From positions 8,581,187 to 8,622,665 of the forward strand of contig NC_057752.1 of NCBI RefSeq assembly GCF_004010195.1: 41,479 bases of DNA. The letters are read 5' to 3'. The notes beneath the pieces are model-generated. The model was not told where the DNA came from. It did not search any database and worked only from the letters and a program-made list of their open reading frames with translations. The position numbers and the translations under genes are program-made. Positions 1 through 12,855 of the stretch are shown piece after piece. How positions within the stretch are numbered: position 1 is the first letter of the stretch; each line of letters starts with the position of its first letter. Source of the stretch: Chiloscyllium plagiosum (Eukaryota).

Positions 1-1036
1 CCTAACACAATTGATCTCTTGGAAGCCGACGTACCCCTCGTTGCATTAGAGCCAGTCTCAATACCATAAACTTGGCTGTTCGTGCTACGTTCCCCTGAGA
101 ATCCATCACCCCCTACATTTTCCAAAACAGCATACCTGTTTGAAATGGACATATCCACAAAAGACTCCTGCCCTAGGTGCCAACCTCTCTTACCCTTCCT
201 GGAGTTAACCCATCTATGTGACTGTATCTGAGACTTTCCCCCCTTTCATATAACTGCCATCCATCACATACTGTAGCTGTTGCAAATTTCTCATTGCTTC
301 TATCTGTCTCTCCAACCAATCCACTCGATCTGATAAGATTCGCATCCAACAGCATTTATGGCAGATATAGTCCGCAGTAATCCTTAAACTCTCTTTAAAC
401 TCCCACATCTGACAAGTAGTACATATCACTGCAAAGGCCATTTTTACTCCTTCACAGTCTACAGTCCCAGAAAACAACACCGTCTTATTCCTCTACAAAA
501 CACTGCAAGGATTAAATTAAGAGCTATGGCTTATATTTTAAGTTTAATCAAGAGACTTATCTCCAAAAACATATAATCAAGAAAGACCCCCCTATACTCA
601 CTAATACAGCCTTTCTCTTGGACAGACTTTAAACAACAAATAACTTATCTGATTCTGTGTTGTAAACTTCACCCAAGGTTCCTCCAAGATTTGTTGTGAA
701 ATTCACTGTTTGTTAATTTTTCCAGATGCACTCCAATATCCAGCGACACATGAATTCAAACAGCAAAGGCAGTAACTGTGCAGGTTCTCTCTCTCTTCCC
801 TGCACTGTCCTCACCATTTGCTTCCTTTGTCTGCTCTTCTCCCTTTTAAAATTTCTGTTGTTTTGACTTTTTTTTCCAAAGTTCCAAAACAATGCAACAG
901 CATATAAAACAGTAATTGCTGCTCCTGGAATTCGAGGAAATCACCTCCAGCACCTAAAATACCTCAAAAAAAAAAAGGAGCAGCTCTTACAGCCAGAAAT
1001 TTTTCCCATTCCTCCATCTTGGATTACTCAGAATCC
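1..1036 (-). mobile_element. 5' end of a CR1 LINE (5'UTR plus ORF1 N-terminal Zn-finger/coiled coil); continues off the window
   Basis: ORF 214..480 has CxxCxMW...YxCxxC followed by a heptad-like segment (LSDRVDWLERQIEAM), typical of CR1 ORF1; frameshifted downstream. Confidence 0.75.
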
Positions 1037-1039
1037 ACA

Positions 1040-2815
1040 TGATCTTCTGTCCTTATGATAAAGGGAACTTCACTGTTGAAGCAATTGAAGATGTTTGAGC
1101 CAAGGACACTATTCTAAGGAACTTCCACTGTAATATCCTGGGGTTGAGATGTCTGACCTCCAACAACCACAATAATCTTTCTTTGTGCTCGGTATGACTC
1201 CACCCAGCACATATCTACCCACAATTTCCATTAATTCCCATTTTTCCAGAGCTCCCTAATGCCACACTTGGTCAAATAATGTATTGATGTCAAGGACTGT
1301 CACTTTCATCTCACCTCTTCTTTGAGCTCTTTTGTTGACATTCTATTCAGAAGATAGCTTTATTTAATCCCACAGTTTTAGTGATAGATTTATTTTAGTT
1401 AACCATACTCCATAAAGCTCCCCCCACAGCTTACATGCTCCCCGTATTTATACAATCAATTCACATCTAATCAATCCTTAATGAATATATCCGTCACTTG
1501 TTCCATCAGGTCCCAGGCATCCCTTCAGACTATATTATTACAGCCTTGGTTTAAACATGAAGTATTATGAGGTCAGGTGGTAAATTCCCAGGCGGTACAC
1601 AAACTAAGCATCAGTGAGCAGGTTATTCCTTTCCAAGTGCTGATTCATAGCACAGTCAACAACATTGTATATCATTTTGCTGATGATTGAGAGTAGCTGA
1701 GGGGATGATAGATTGGATTTGTCCAGCTTTTTGTGGACAGGACAGAGCTGGGCAACATTCCACATTGTTGGAAAGATGCCAGTGTTGTAACTGTAGTGTA
1801 ACAACTTGGCTAGGGATGCCAATATTACTGAAGCACAAATTTTCTTAAATATTGCTGGAATTCTGCTGGGGTCCACAACCTTTGCAGTAGCAGGATATTC
1901 AGCCATTTTTTGATATCATGTGGAGTGAATTGATTTGATCGAAGACTGGCACAAGAGATGCTGAAGACCTCAGAAGGAGGCCAAGATGGATCATTCACTT
2001 TGTATTTCTGGCTGTAGATGGATCCAAATACGTCAGCCTTTTCCTTTGCACTGATATGCTGCACTCATCCATCCTTACGAATTGAGATAGTTTTGGAGTT
2101 TCCACCTTTTCTTAGTTGTTTAATTTTCCACCACCGTTCATGACTGCATGTGGCAGGATTGCAGAGCTTACATCTATTGCTTGTGGGATCCCTTAACCTT
2201 GTCAATGAAGTGCTGTGTCCATTATTTGGTATGCAAGTAGTCCTGTAGATCACTTGGTACTCTCCTGTACTCGCCATTGATTAAGGGTTATTCTCCTGGC
2301 TTGATGGTCATGGTAGAGTGGGGTACATGCCAGGTTATGAGGTTACAGATTGTAGTTGAATACAATTTTGCTGCTGATGACCCACAGTGCTCCATGATTG
2401 CCCAGTCTTGAGTTGGTAGATCTGTTTAAAGTCTGCTACATTTAGCACATTGGTAGTTCCACACAACATGGTGAAGGGTATCCTCAATAAGAAGATGGGA
2501 CTTTGTCTCCACAATGTGCAGTGGTTACTTCTACCAATACTGTCATGGACAAGCACATCTCGGGACAGATAGACTGGCAAGTACAAGTTCAAATAGACTT
2601 TTCCCTCTTGTTGGTTTCTTCACTATCTGCTGCAGACTCAGTCTAGTAGCTATGTTTTAGGACTCGACCAGAATGATCAGCCATGGTGCTACCAATCTAC
2701 TCTCAATGATGTACATTGAAGCTCCTCACCCAGAGTACATCCTGTGCCCTTGCCACCCTCAGCACTTCCTCCAAACAGTGTTCACTATGGAGGAAAGTAG
2801 ATTCATCATTTGAGA
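1040..2815 (-). mobile_element. Decayed LINE ORF2 (second CR1/L2-group family), endonuclease end to RT
   Basis: Fragments LAKLLHYSYNTGIFPTMW..CPVHKK, GEMKVTVLDINTLFDQVWH and a VP*NSVLG ([12 protein letters not shown]) motif; many stops. Interrupted at about 1333-1560. Confidence 0.75.
1333..1542 (-). mobile_element. Solo LTR (about 210 bp)
   Basis: Minus strand reads TGTAAT...TATAAAT...AATAAA...CAACA and shares blocks with 26522-26751 (tgaagggatgcctgggacct vs tgaaggaatgcccgagacct; ggatatattcattaagga vs ggatatattaattaagga). Confidence 0.65.
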
Positions 2816-3099
2816 AATTATCACTATGCCATTACCTCCCTTTCTGCCAATGGGAACTGTTTCCCCCCATCCAATCTTTATTGACCCCCTATAGTTTTGA
2901 GCACCTCTTTCAAAATGCTCACAGCTTTCACAGATTCTCTAGAGTGAACAACTTTAGTTTCCTTGCTCTATACACAAACTGAAAATCGTTCATCCTCATG
3001 AACCTTACTGTAAACAAGTGGAGCTTTTTATTCAACTGTGGATTAATTTCAGATTTCCTGTGATCTTTCTGACTTAGTGCCACCGTAGATCTTGCAGGC

Positions 3100-4082
3100 C
3101 TACTAGTTACATAATAAGGAATAGATGATTTTGTCCCATGATTATGCATACAAATCAAGTTTGAAAAGACATGATAACTAGAGAAGATAAGGCAAGAGAG
3201 CAAGGTAGCATTAAGGGAAATGATGACCAATGTGTACCAGGAAGGGACAGAGTGATGAAACCTAAGAGCGCACCAGCAGATATTGCTGGAAGTTACAAAA
3301 ATAGTAGAAAGAATTAAAGGCTTTTGCCATTCATAACAGTGCAAAGAACTGACAGCATAAATAGAAATAAAAATGTATGATTTGACAGCCATTACAGAAA
3401 TGTAGCCATGATATGTCAAAGTTCAGGAACTAAATATTCAAATGTACATAACATTTAGGAGGAAGCAGTAACCAAGGTAAAGGTAGAGGAGTAGTTCTGT
3501 TAATTTAGGATGACAATCATATAATAGAGATCAACTTAGTGTTGAACATCAAAATATAGAATCAGTCTGAGTAGAGATGAGAAACAGTAAAAGAAACAAG
3601 TCACATAGGCCTCCAAACGGTAACCTCACGATAGGATGGAGTATACATGAAGACATAATGGGGGCTTTTGAGAAAGGTATGTCAACAACCATGGGTCATT
3701 TTAATCTACAAGTAGATTGAATGACTCAAATTGATAAAGCTGGCTGAATAAAGAGTTCATGGAATATTTTCAGGACAGTATCTTTGAGAAGTCAAGTTCT
3801 AGAGCCATCCAAAGAGCAAGTTATATTAGATGTGGGAATATGCCATCAGACAGGATTACATAATAACTTCATAGTGAAAGCACCCCTAGTTAACAGTGAC
3901 CATAACAGAACTGAATATCACATTCCTTTTGAGGGAGAGAAGATTGGATCTAAGACTAAACTTAAACTTTTAAACTTAACTAAGATAATTATGAGGGAGC
4001 AAATGCAGAGCTAGCAGAAGTGAATGAGGAAACTAAGTTAAGGGATGTTGATAGGGATTCAGTGGCAGACATTTAATGAAAT
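3100..4082 (+). mobile_element. Old host CR1, endonuclease region (continues at 7536-7550, 8972-11236 and 19350-19520)
   Basis: Degenerate APE motifs (AITE, GHFN for GDFN, SDHN); the reading frame rejoins across later insertions. Confidence 0.7.
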
Positions 4083-7000
4083 AGACAATAGACAATAGGT
4101 ACAGGAGTAGGCCATTCTGCCCTTCAAGCCTGCACCACCATTCATTATGATCATGGCTGATCATCCTCAATCAGTATCCTGTTCCTGCCTTATCTCCATA
4201 ACCCTTGATTCCATTATCCTTGAGAGTTCTATCCAACTCTTTTTTAAACGAATCCAGAGACTGGGCCTCCACTGCCTTCTGGGGCAGAGCATTCCACACA
4301 GCCACCACTCTCTGGGTGAAGAAGTTTCTCCTCATCTCTGTCCTAAATGGCCTACCCCTTATTTTTAAGCAGTGTCCTCTGGTTCGGGACTCACCCATCA
4401 GTGGAAACATGTTTCCTGCCTCCAGAGTGTCCGATCCTTTAATAATCTTATACGTCTCAATCAGATTCCCTCTCAGTCTTCTAAACTCAAGGGTATACAA
4501 GCCCAGTCGCTCCAATCTTTCAACATAAGATAGTCCCGCCATTCCAGGAATTGACCTCGTGAACCTACGCTGCACTCCCTCAATAGCCAGAATGTCTTCC
4601 CTCAAATTTGGAGACNNNNNNNNNNNNNNNNNNNNNNNNNNNNNNNNNNNNNNNNNNNNNNNNNNNNNNNNNNNNNNNNNNNNNNNNNNNNNNNNNNNNN
4701 NNNNNNNNNNNNNNNNNNNNNNNNNNNNNNNNNNNNNNNNNNNNNNNNNNNNNNNNNNNNNNNNNNNNNNNNNNNNNNNNNNNNNNNNNNNNNNNNNNNN
4801 NNNNNNNNNNNNNNNNNNNNNNNNNNNNNNNNNNNNNNNNNNNNNNNNNNNNNNNNNNNNNNNNNNNNNNNNNNNNNNNNNNNNNNNNNNNNNNNNNNNN
4901 NNNNNNNNNNNNNNNNNNNNNNNNNNNNNNNNNNNNNNNNNNNNNNNNNNNNNNNNNNNNNNNNNNNNNNNNNNNNNNNNNNNNNNNNNNNNNNNNNNNN
5001 NNNNNNNNNNNNNNNNNNNNNNNNNNNNNNNNNNNNNNNNNNNNNNNNNNNNNNNNNNNNNNNNNNNNNNNNNNNNNNNNNNNNNNNNNNNNNNNNNNNN
5101 NNNNNNNNNNNNNNNNNNNNNNNNNNNNNNNNNNNNNNNNNNNNNNNNNNNNNNNNNNNNNNNNNNNNNNNNNNNNNNNNNNNNNNNNNNNNNNNNNNNN
5201 NNNTATCCAGATGTGTTGTAATTTCATCCTTTATAATTGACTCCAGCATCTTTCCCACCACTGAGGTCAGACTAACTGGTCTATAATTTCCTGCTTTCTC
5301 TCTCCCACCTTTCTTAAAAAGTGGTATAACATTAGCCACCCTCCAATCTGCAGGAACCGATCCTGAATCTATTGAACTCTGGAAAATAATCACCAACGCA
5401 TCCGCGATTTCTAGAGCCACCTCCTTCAGTACCCTGGGATGTAGACCATCAGGCCCCGGGGACTTATCAGCCTTCAGACCTAACAGTCTCTCCAACACCA
5501 TTTCCTGGCAAATATAAATTCCCTTCAGTTCAGGTCCTTCAGCCACTGTTACCTCAGGGAGATTGCTTGCGTCTTCCCCAGTGAACACAGATCTGAAGTA
5601 CCAATTCAACTCTTCTACCATTTCTTTGTTCCCATAATATATTCCCCTGTTTCTGTCTTCAAGGGCCCAATTTTAGTCTTAACCATTTTTTTCCCTTTCA
5701 CATATCTGAAAAAAACTATCCTCCTATATATTTTTGGCCAGTTTACCTTCGTACCTCATTTTTCCTCTGCGTATTTCCTTCTTAGTAATCCTCTGTTCTT
5801 TAAAATCTTCCCAGTCCTCAGTTTTCCCACTCATCTTTGCTATGTTATACTTTTTCTCTTTTGACTTTATATGTTTCTTAACTTCCCTCGTCAGCCACGA
5901 CCACCCCTGCCTCCTCATAGGATCTTTCTTCCTTTTTGGAATGAACTTATCCTGCATCTTCTGCATTGTACCCAGAAATATCTGCCATTGTTCCTCCACG
6001 GTCATCCCTGCTAAGGTATTGCACCATTGAACTTTGGCCAGCTCCTCCCTCATAGCTCCATAGTTCCCTTTATTCAACTGAAATATTGTCACTACCGATT
6101 GTACCCTCTCCCTTTCAAATTGCAGATTGAAGCTTATTGTATTATGGTCACTACCTCCTAATGGCTCCTTCACTTCGAGGTCCCTGATCAATCCTGGTTC
6201 GTTGCACAATACCAGATCCATAATTGCCTTCTCCCTGGTAGGTTCCAGCACCAGCTGTTCTAAGAATCCATTTCAGAGGCACTCCACAAAGTCTTTCTTG
6301 AGGTCCAATACCATCCTGATTCTTCCAGTCTACCTGCACGTTGAAATCCCCCATAACAACTGTAGTAACATCTTTGCGACAGGCCAATTTCAGCTCCTTA
6401 TTCAATTTACACCCTACATCCATACTACTGTTTGGGGGCCTGTAGATAACTCCCAAGAGGGTCTTTCTACTCTTAGAATTTTTCAGCTCTATCCATACTG
6501 ACTCTACATTCCCTGATTCTAGATCCCCCCACGCAAGGGACTGAATATCATCCCTTACCAACAGGGCCACCTCACCCCCTCTGCCCATCAGTCTGTCCTT
6601 ATGATAGCACGCATAGCCTTGAATATTCATTTCCCAGGCCGTGTCCACTTGAAGCCACGTCTCAGTTATTCCCACAATATCGTAGCTGCCAATTTCCAAA
6701 AGAGCCTCAAGCTCATCCATCTTATTTCTAATGCTTCGTGCATTCATATATAGTATTTTTAATTTGTTACTGCCCTCACCCTTTCTATCAACCCCTATTT
6801 CACTCAACCTTACGGCATGATTCCTTTTTGAGTTTTCTGCTTCATTGATACCTTTGTCTTTCTTGACTTCCCTTGTTCCAACTTTCCCTTCAATTTCCTT
6901 CTTAAACTTCCAGTTTGTCCCCTCCCCCCCGCTATTTAGTTTAAACGCAGCTGTGTTGCAGTAGCAAACCTGCCTGCCAGAATGCTGGTCCCCAACCTAT

Positions 7001-7535
7001 TAAGGTGCAAACCGTCTCTCTTGTATAATTTATGCTTACCACAAAACATACCCCAGTGATCCAAGAATTTAAATCCTTGCTTCCTACACCAGTTCCCCGG
7101 CCACACGTTCAAATCCATTATCTCCCTGTTTCTGGCCTCATCAGACTGAGGAACTGGAAACAATTCGGAGATAACCACCCTGGACATCCTGCTTTTCAGC
7201 CTTCTTCCTAGTTCTCCGAAGTCCCGCTGTAGTATGTTCCTCCTCTTCTTCCCGACATCATTTGTGCCGACATGTACCACCACCTCTGGCTCTTCACCTT
7301 CGTCCTTGAGGATTTCCTGCACTCTGTCTGTGATGTCCTTAAATCCCACCTGTTGCCACAGAAACCCCGTTCAGTTCCTCTCACTATGGAGTCCCCTATT
7401 ACCACGGCTCTGTGCGATGTCTGACTCCTCGGCTCTGCCTCCACGCCAACTTTTGATTGACAGACCTGACCACCTTGCGGACTGGCAGTGTCACCTGTCT
7501 CTACTGTTTCCAAAAGATTCAACTTGTTCCTGACA
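4083..7535 (-). mobile_element. Relatively young, 5'-truncated CR1 LINE: ORF1 SGNH esterase plus ORF2 APE-RT and 3' tail
   Basis: ORF1 VIGDSIVRG / VHVGTND / DGLHLN; ORF2 NARSI, GITETW, GDFN, SDHN, KSPGPDGLHPRVLKE, NYRPVSLTS, LEFRRLRG. (TATTGTC)n tail at about 4083-4097; GAAAT duplicated at 4078-4082 and 7536-7540; frameshifts present. Confidence 0.93.
4616..5203. other. Assembly gap (588 N) within the CR1 RT region
   Basis: Run of N. Confidence 1.
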
Positions 7536-7550
7536 GAAATGTTTCAGAAT

Positions 7551-8971
7551 ATTTCCAAATACATGTAAATCCTGTTCTTCAGGATTCCCTCCAACAACTT
7601 GCCCATCACCAATGTCAGGCTGACCGGTCTTGTTCTTACCACTTTTCTTAAATAGTGGTACCACGGTAGCCAATCTCCAGTCTTCCTGCACCTCACCTGT
7701 GACTATCGATGAGTCAACATGGCTTTGTGCATGGGAAATCATGTCTCGCAAACTTAATTGAGTTTTTTGAAGATGTAACAAAGAGGATTGACGATGGCAG
7801 AGTGGGAGACACGATCTATATGGCCTTCAGTAAGGCATTTGACAAGGTTCCCCATGGGAGACTGGTTAGCAAGGTTAGATCTCTCAGAATACAGGGAGAA
7901 CTAGCCATTTGGATACAGAACTGGCTCAAAAGGTAGAAGACAGAGGGTGGTGGTGAAGGGTTGTTTTTCAGACTGGAGGCCTGTGACCAGTGGGGTGGCA
8001 TAAGGATCAGTGCTGGGTTCAAATGATTTGGATCTGAGCATAAGAGGTACAGTTAGTAAGTTTGCAGATGACATCAAAATTGGAGGTGTAGTGGACAGCG
8101 AAGGTGGTTACCTCAGATTACAACAGGATCTTGATCAGATGGGCCAATGGGTTGAGAAATGGCAGATGGAGTTTAATTTAGATAAATACGAGGTGCTGCA
8201 TTTTGGGAAAGCAAATCCTAGCAGGACTTATACACTTAATGGTAACGTCCTAGGGAGTGTTGCTGAACAAAAAGACCTTTGTTCAGGTTCATAGTTCCTT
8301 GAAAGTAGAGTTGCAGGTAGTTAGAATAGTGAAGGCGGCGTTTGGTATGCTTTCCTTTATGGGTCAGAGCAATGATTATAGGAGTTGGGAGATCATTTTG
8401 GGGCATTACAGGACATTGGTTCGGCCACTTTTGGAATATTGCTTGTAATTCTGGTCTTCCTATTGGAAGAATGTTGCGAAACTTGAAAGGGTTCAGAAAA
8501 GATTTACAAGGATGTTGCCAGGGTTGGAGGATTTGAGCTACAGGGAGAGACTGAACAGGCTGGGGCCGTTTTCCCTGGGCGTCGGAGGCTGAGGGTTGCC
8601 CTTATAGAGGTTTATAAAATCATGAGGGGCATGGATCAGGTAAATAGACAAAGTCTTTTCCTTGGGGTGGGGGAGTCGAGAACTAGAGGGCATAGGTTCA
8701 AGGTGAGAGGGGAAACATATAAAAGAGACCTAAGGGACACCCTTTTCACACAGAGGGTGGTACGTGTATGGAATGAGCTGCCAGAGGAAGTGGCGGAGGC
8801 TGGTACAATTACAGCATTTAAAGGCATCTGGAAGGGTATATGAATAGGAAGGGTTTGGAGAGATATGGGCCAGGTGCTGGCAAGTGGGACTAGATTGGGT
8901 TGGGATATCTGGTTAGCATGGATGAGTTGAACTGAAGAGTCTGTTTCTGTGCTGTACATCTCTATGACTCT
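7551..8971 (+). mobile_element. CR1 (HER1-like) 3' half with an inverted 5' segment (7551-7708 on minus)
   Basis: Plus strand: [24 protein letters not shown], 3' tail tctatgactcta. Minus piece: GEVQEDWRLATVVPLFKK. Confidence 0.88.
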
Positions 8972-9605
8972 AATTCTGAGAAAAGATGCATTTCAGTGAG
9001 TAAGAAAGATTCTAAGGGAAAGTCGCACCATTTGTGACTAACCAAGGAAATTAGAGACTGCATCAAATTGAAAGAAAACGCATATAATTCCACATTGAGG
9101 AGCAGCAGGTCAAAAGACAGAATACAAAGAGCAGCAAAGAATGATTAAAAGATTAATAAGGAGGAAGAAATTAAAATGTGAGAGAAAGTTAGATGGACAT
9201 ATAAAAACTGAGAGCAAGAGTTTTTATAGATATTTAAAAAGGGGAAAAAGTAAGGAAAGTGAGTATTGGACCCCCTGGAGTGTGTTTGCAAAATAATAAT
9301 GGGAATATAAGGAAAATGGTGGAAGAATTGAACAAATATTTTATGTCTATCTTCATTATAAAGGAGACAAATAATATTTCAGAAATAATTACAAAAGAAG
9401 AGTGGCAAGTTAGAGAAAGATTTAAAACAATTAAAATTACCAGAGAATGGGGGTGCAGCAAAGTTTGTCAGAAATAAAAGCTGACGAGTCCCCAGATCCA
9501 AATGGACATCATCCTTGGGTTTCCAAAGAAGTGGCTGCTGAGATAGTTGATGCATTGGTTTTAATTTTCCAAAGTACCTGAGATTCTGTAAATATTCCAT
9601 CTGAT

Positions 9606-9790
9606 TTTTTTTTTATTCATTCAAAGGTTGAGGGTGTTCTGACTAGGCCAGTATTTACTGCTCATCCCCAACTGACCAGAGGGATGTTAAGAGTCAACCA
9701 CATTGCTGTGGGTCTGGAGTCACATGTAGGCCAGATCATGTAAGGATGGCAGTTTCCTTCCCTGAAGGACATTAGTGACCCAGACGAGTC
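9606..9790 (-). mobile_element. Short LINE/SINE 3'-end insertion with GAATGAATAAAA tail
   Basis: T-run plus attcattc start, similar to 36176-36380; interrupts the host CR1. Confidence 0.55.
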
Positions 9791-10750
9791 ACATTTGGAA
9801 AACAGTGAATGTGACTCCACTGTTCAAGAAAAGGTGGAGATAGAAAGTTGGCAGCTATTGGCCAATTAATTTACTATCTGTCATCGAGAAAATTCTGGAA
9901 TCTATTAAGGAGGTCGCAGTGAAGCACTTCTCAATGAGGAAGTAACAAACAATGTGGATAAAAATGGAATCTTTGGATGTGCTATCCTTAGATTTCCAGA
10001 AGATATCTGACAATATACCACATCAAAGGTTATTATGCAAAATAAAGACTCATGCTGTAACGGGTAACATGTCAGCAGAGCATAACTAATAAGAAAAAGA
10101 GAGTAAATATAATTGAGTTTCTTTCAGGTTGGCAAGATGTGATGCGTGGAGTGCCACAGGGATCAGTGCTGGGGCCTCAACTACTTATAATTTATCTCAA
10201 TAACTTAGGTGAAGGGACTGAAAGATGGTAGCTGAATTTCCTGGTGACACAAAGATATGACAGAAGGTAACCTATGAAGAAGACATAAAGACTCTGCAAA
10301 GGGATATTTTGAGTGGAGTAAAATTGTGAGGTGGAATACAAAATGGATAAATTTGGCAAGAAAATTAGAAAAACAACACACTATTTAAATGGAGAGACTG
10401 CAAAGACCCAAGGTACAGAAGGATCTGGATGTCCTTGTTTATGAACCACAAAAATGTTGTATAAATACAGAAAGTGTTTAAAATGGCAAATGGAATTTGA
10501 CTTTTGTTGTGAGGAGAAAGGAGTATAAAAGGAGGAAGTTTTGCTACAGTTGTATTGATAAGAGGGCATTGGTGAGACCACACCTAGAGTCCTGTGCACA
10601 GTTTTTGGCCTCCTTATTTATGGAGGAATAGAAATTCAGATAAGGTTCACTTGAATGATACCTTACCTTCGGGAGTGGCCGTATGAAGAAAGGTTGCACA
10701 GACTGGACCTGTAACCACTGGAGTTTAGGAGGGAGAGAGGTGATCTTACT

Positions 10751-10993
10751 AGAGGCATGGCACTCATCCACTGATTCAATCAACAAGCACATCGACCTGG
10801 ACCCAATATACAGGCCACTGCAGCGGACAGCTGGAACTGACAACCGGAAGCGGCAGATTCAAACCACTACAAATGCCGGAGGAAGGATCACAGAAGCGCT
10901 TCACAGGAGGCTCCCAAGCACAGAGGATGTCACCTAGACAGGGGACGAAACATCTGCAACACAAATTCCCAGCTCGACGAACAGAACCACAAC
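10751..10993 (+). mobile_element. Penelope-like element 3' fragment (GIY-YIG C-terminus plus decayed hammerhead)
   Basis: LEAWHSSTDSINKHIDLDPIY; hammerhead-like CAGAGGA-TGTCACC...GGGGAC-GAAACATC at 10921-10954; 13-bp TSD AGGTGATCTTACT (10738-10750, 10994-11006). Confidence 0.8.
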
Positions 10994-11236
10994 AGGTGAT
11001 CTTACTGTAACATGCAAAATCCTGAATGGCCTTCACAGAATGGATATTAAAAGTATACTTAACCTGGTGTGGAGTCTTCTCCTCATTAGTAATTCTGTGG
11101 TCGCGTGAGGAGTGGTTCTATAATCAAACAGGAACCTGGACACTTTGGGAGAGATTAGAACCTGAGGCACAGTTGAAAAACAAAATGGCTCTCATTTCAG
11201 CTCGGTGGGAAGAACATTTTTCTCTCAGATGGTCTT

Positions 11237-11456
11237 TGAAATAACTCCATGAAGGCCAGTATCCCGTCACCAAGTCATCCTTTACTTACACAGGCACAGT
11301 ACACGACACTGATCCAGCTAGCTTAAAGCCGGCGCCTAGTGTGAACAGAACCTCTGACCCTCCTGTTTATATCTGTCAGCCAGGGCTCCCTGATTGGACC
11401 AGGTTAACAGTCTATTCTATGAGGTCCACCTGGCTGACCTCATTACAATCACTGCA
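11237..11456 (-). repeat. 3' LTR of the Gypsy element (220 bp)
   Basis: Direct repeat of 18239-18320 plus 19214-19349; adjacent polypurine tract GAGAGGGAGGGA. Confidence 0.9.
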
Positions 11457-11792
11457 TCCCTCCCTCTCGGAGTCTTGGCCGTTGGTCTGCTGTTTTTCCT
11501 ACAGCTTCTCTTTGGGTGTTTTTGTACCAGGTCCAGTTCTGCCGAATCTGCCTCGGATACTGGCGGAATGTACCGGACCATAGCCCGCCTCTTGAGCTCG
11601 GAGGGTCTCAGCCAAAATCCATCTTCTTCTTCAGGTGGTAACAGCGTCGAAGCTGCAACACCTGCTGTGCCCATCTCATCTTCAGAAGTTTCTTCGACGT
11701 GAGGCGGATGGGAGGACCCATGGGTTCCGACAGCCTTTCTGGCTGTTTTGAGGGGCCAGATATGTTTTGCTGCTGACCTGTTTGCGAGGTTG

Positions 11793-12855
11793 AAGTTTTG
11801 GTATTGAAGGTGATTTAGCGGTTTGGATCAGAAATTGCCTAGCTGGTTAATGGGAAATGTTCATCCTGGAGCTCAGGTACCAGTGGTGTGCCACAAGGAT
11901 CTGTTTTGGGGCCACTGCTGTTTGTCATTTTCATAAATGATCTGGATGTGGGAGTAGAAGGATGGGTTAGTAAATTTGTGGGTAACACTAAGGTAGGCAG
12001 AGTTGTAGATAGTGCCAAAGGATGTTCTGGGTTATAGAAGGACACAGATAAGCTGCAGAGCTGGACTGAGAAGTGACAAGTGGAGTTTAATGTGGAAAAT
12101 GTGTGAGGTAGTTCACTTCAGAAGGAGCAACAGGAATAAAGAATACTGAGCTAATGGTAAAATTCTTGGCAGTGTCGATGAACAGAGAGATCTTGGTGTC
12201 CAGATGCATAAATCCTTGAAAGTTGCCACCCAGGTCGATAGGGTTGTTAAGAAGGCATACAGTAGGGAGATTGTGTTTCAGAGCCTCGAGGTCATGCTTC
12301 AGCTGTAGAAGACACTGGTAAGGCCACACCTGGAGCATTGCGTACAGTCCTGGTCACTGCATTGTAGGAAGGATGTGGAAGCTTTGGAAAGGGTTCAGAG
12401 GAGATTTACTTGGATGTTGCCTGGTATGGAAGGAAGGTCTTATGAGGAAAGGCTGAGAGAACTGAGGCTGTTTTCGTTGGAGGTTGAGAGGTGACTTAAT
12501 CGAGACGTATAAGATAACCAAAGGATTAGATAGGGTGGACAGTGAGAGTCTTTTTCTTTGGATGGTGAAGGCTAACATGAGATAACATAGCTTTAAATTG
12601 AGGGGTGATAGATTCAGGACAGATATCGGGGTAGTTTCTTTGCTCAGAGAATAGTAGGGGCGTGGAATGGCCTGCCTGCAACAGTAGTAGACTCGCCAAC
12701 TTTAAGGGCATTTAAATGGGCATTGTACGTACATATGGATAATAATGGACTGGTGTAGGTTAGATGGGCATTAAATTAATTTCACAGGACAGCGCAACAT
12801 CGAGGTCCGAAGGGCCTGTACTGCGCTGTAACATTCTATGCTCTATGTTCTATGT
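11793..12855 (+). mobile_element. 5'-truncated CR1 nested in the Gypsy integrase tail
   Basis: [20 protein letters not shown]; (TTCTATG)n-like tail at about 12834-12854. Confidence 0.88.

Larger units (their letters stand above)
8972..11236 (+). mobile_element. Old host CR1, ORF2 RT region, interrupted by small insertions
   Basis: [19 protein letters not shown] (10148-10177), LVRPHLE; many stops. Confidence 0.8.

Noticed and set aside
4559..5621. Long ORFs of 210-339 aa
   Set aside because: They run through the 588-N gap; only the CR1 RT portion of 4602..5621 is meaningful.
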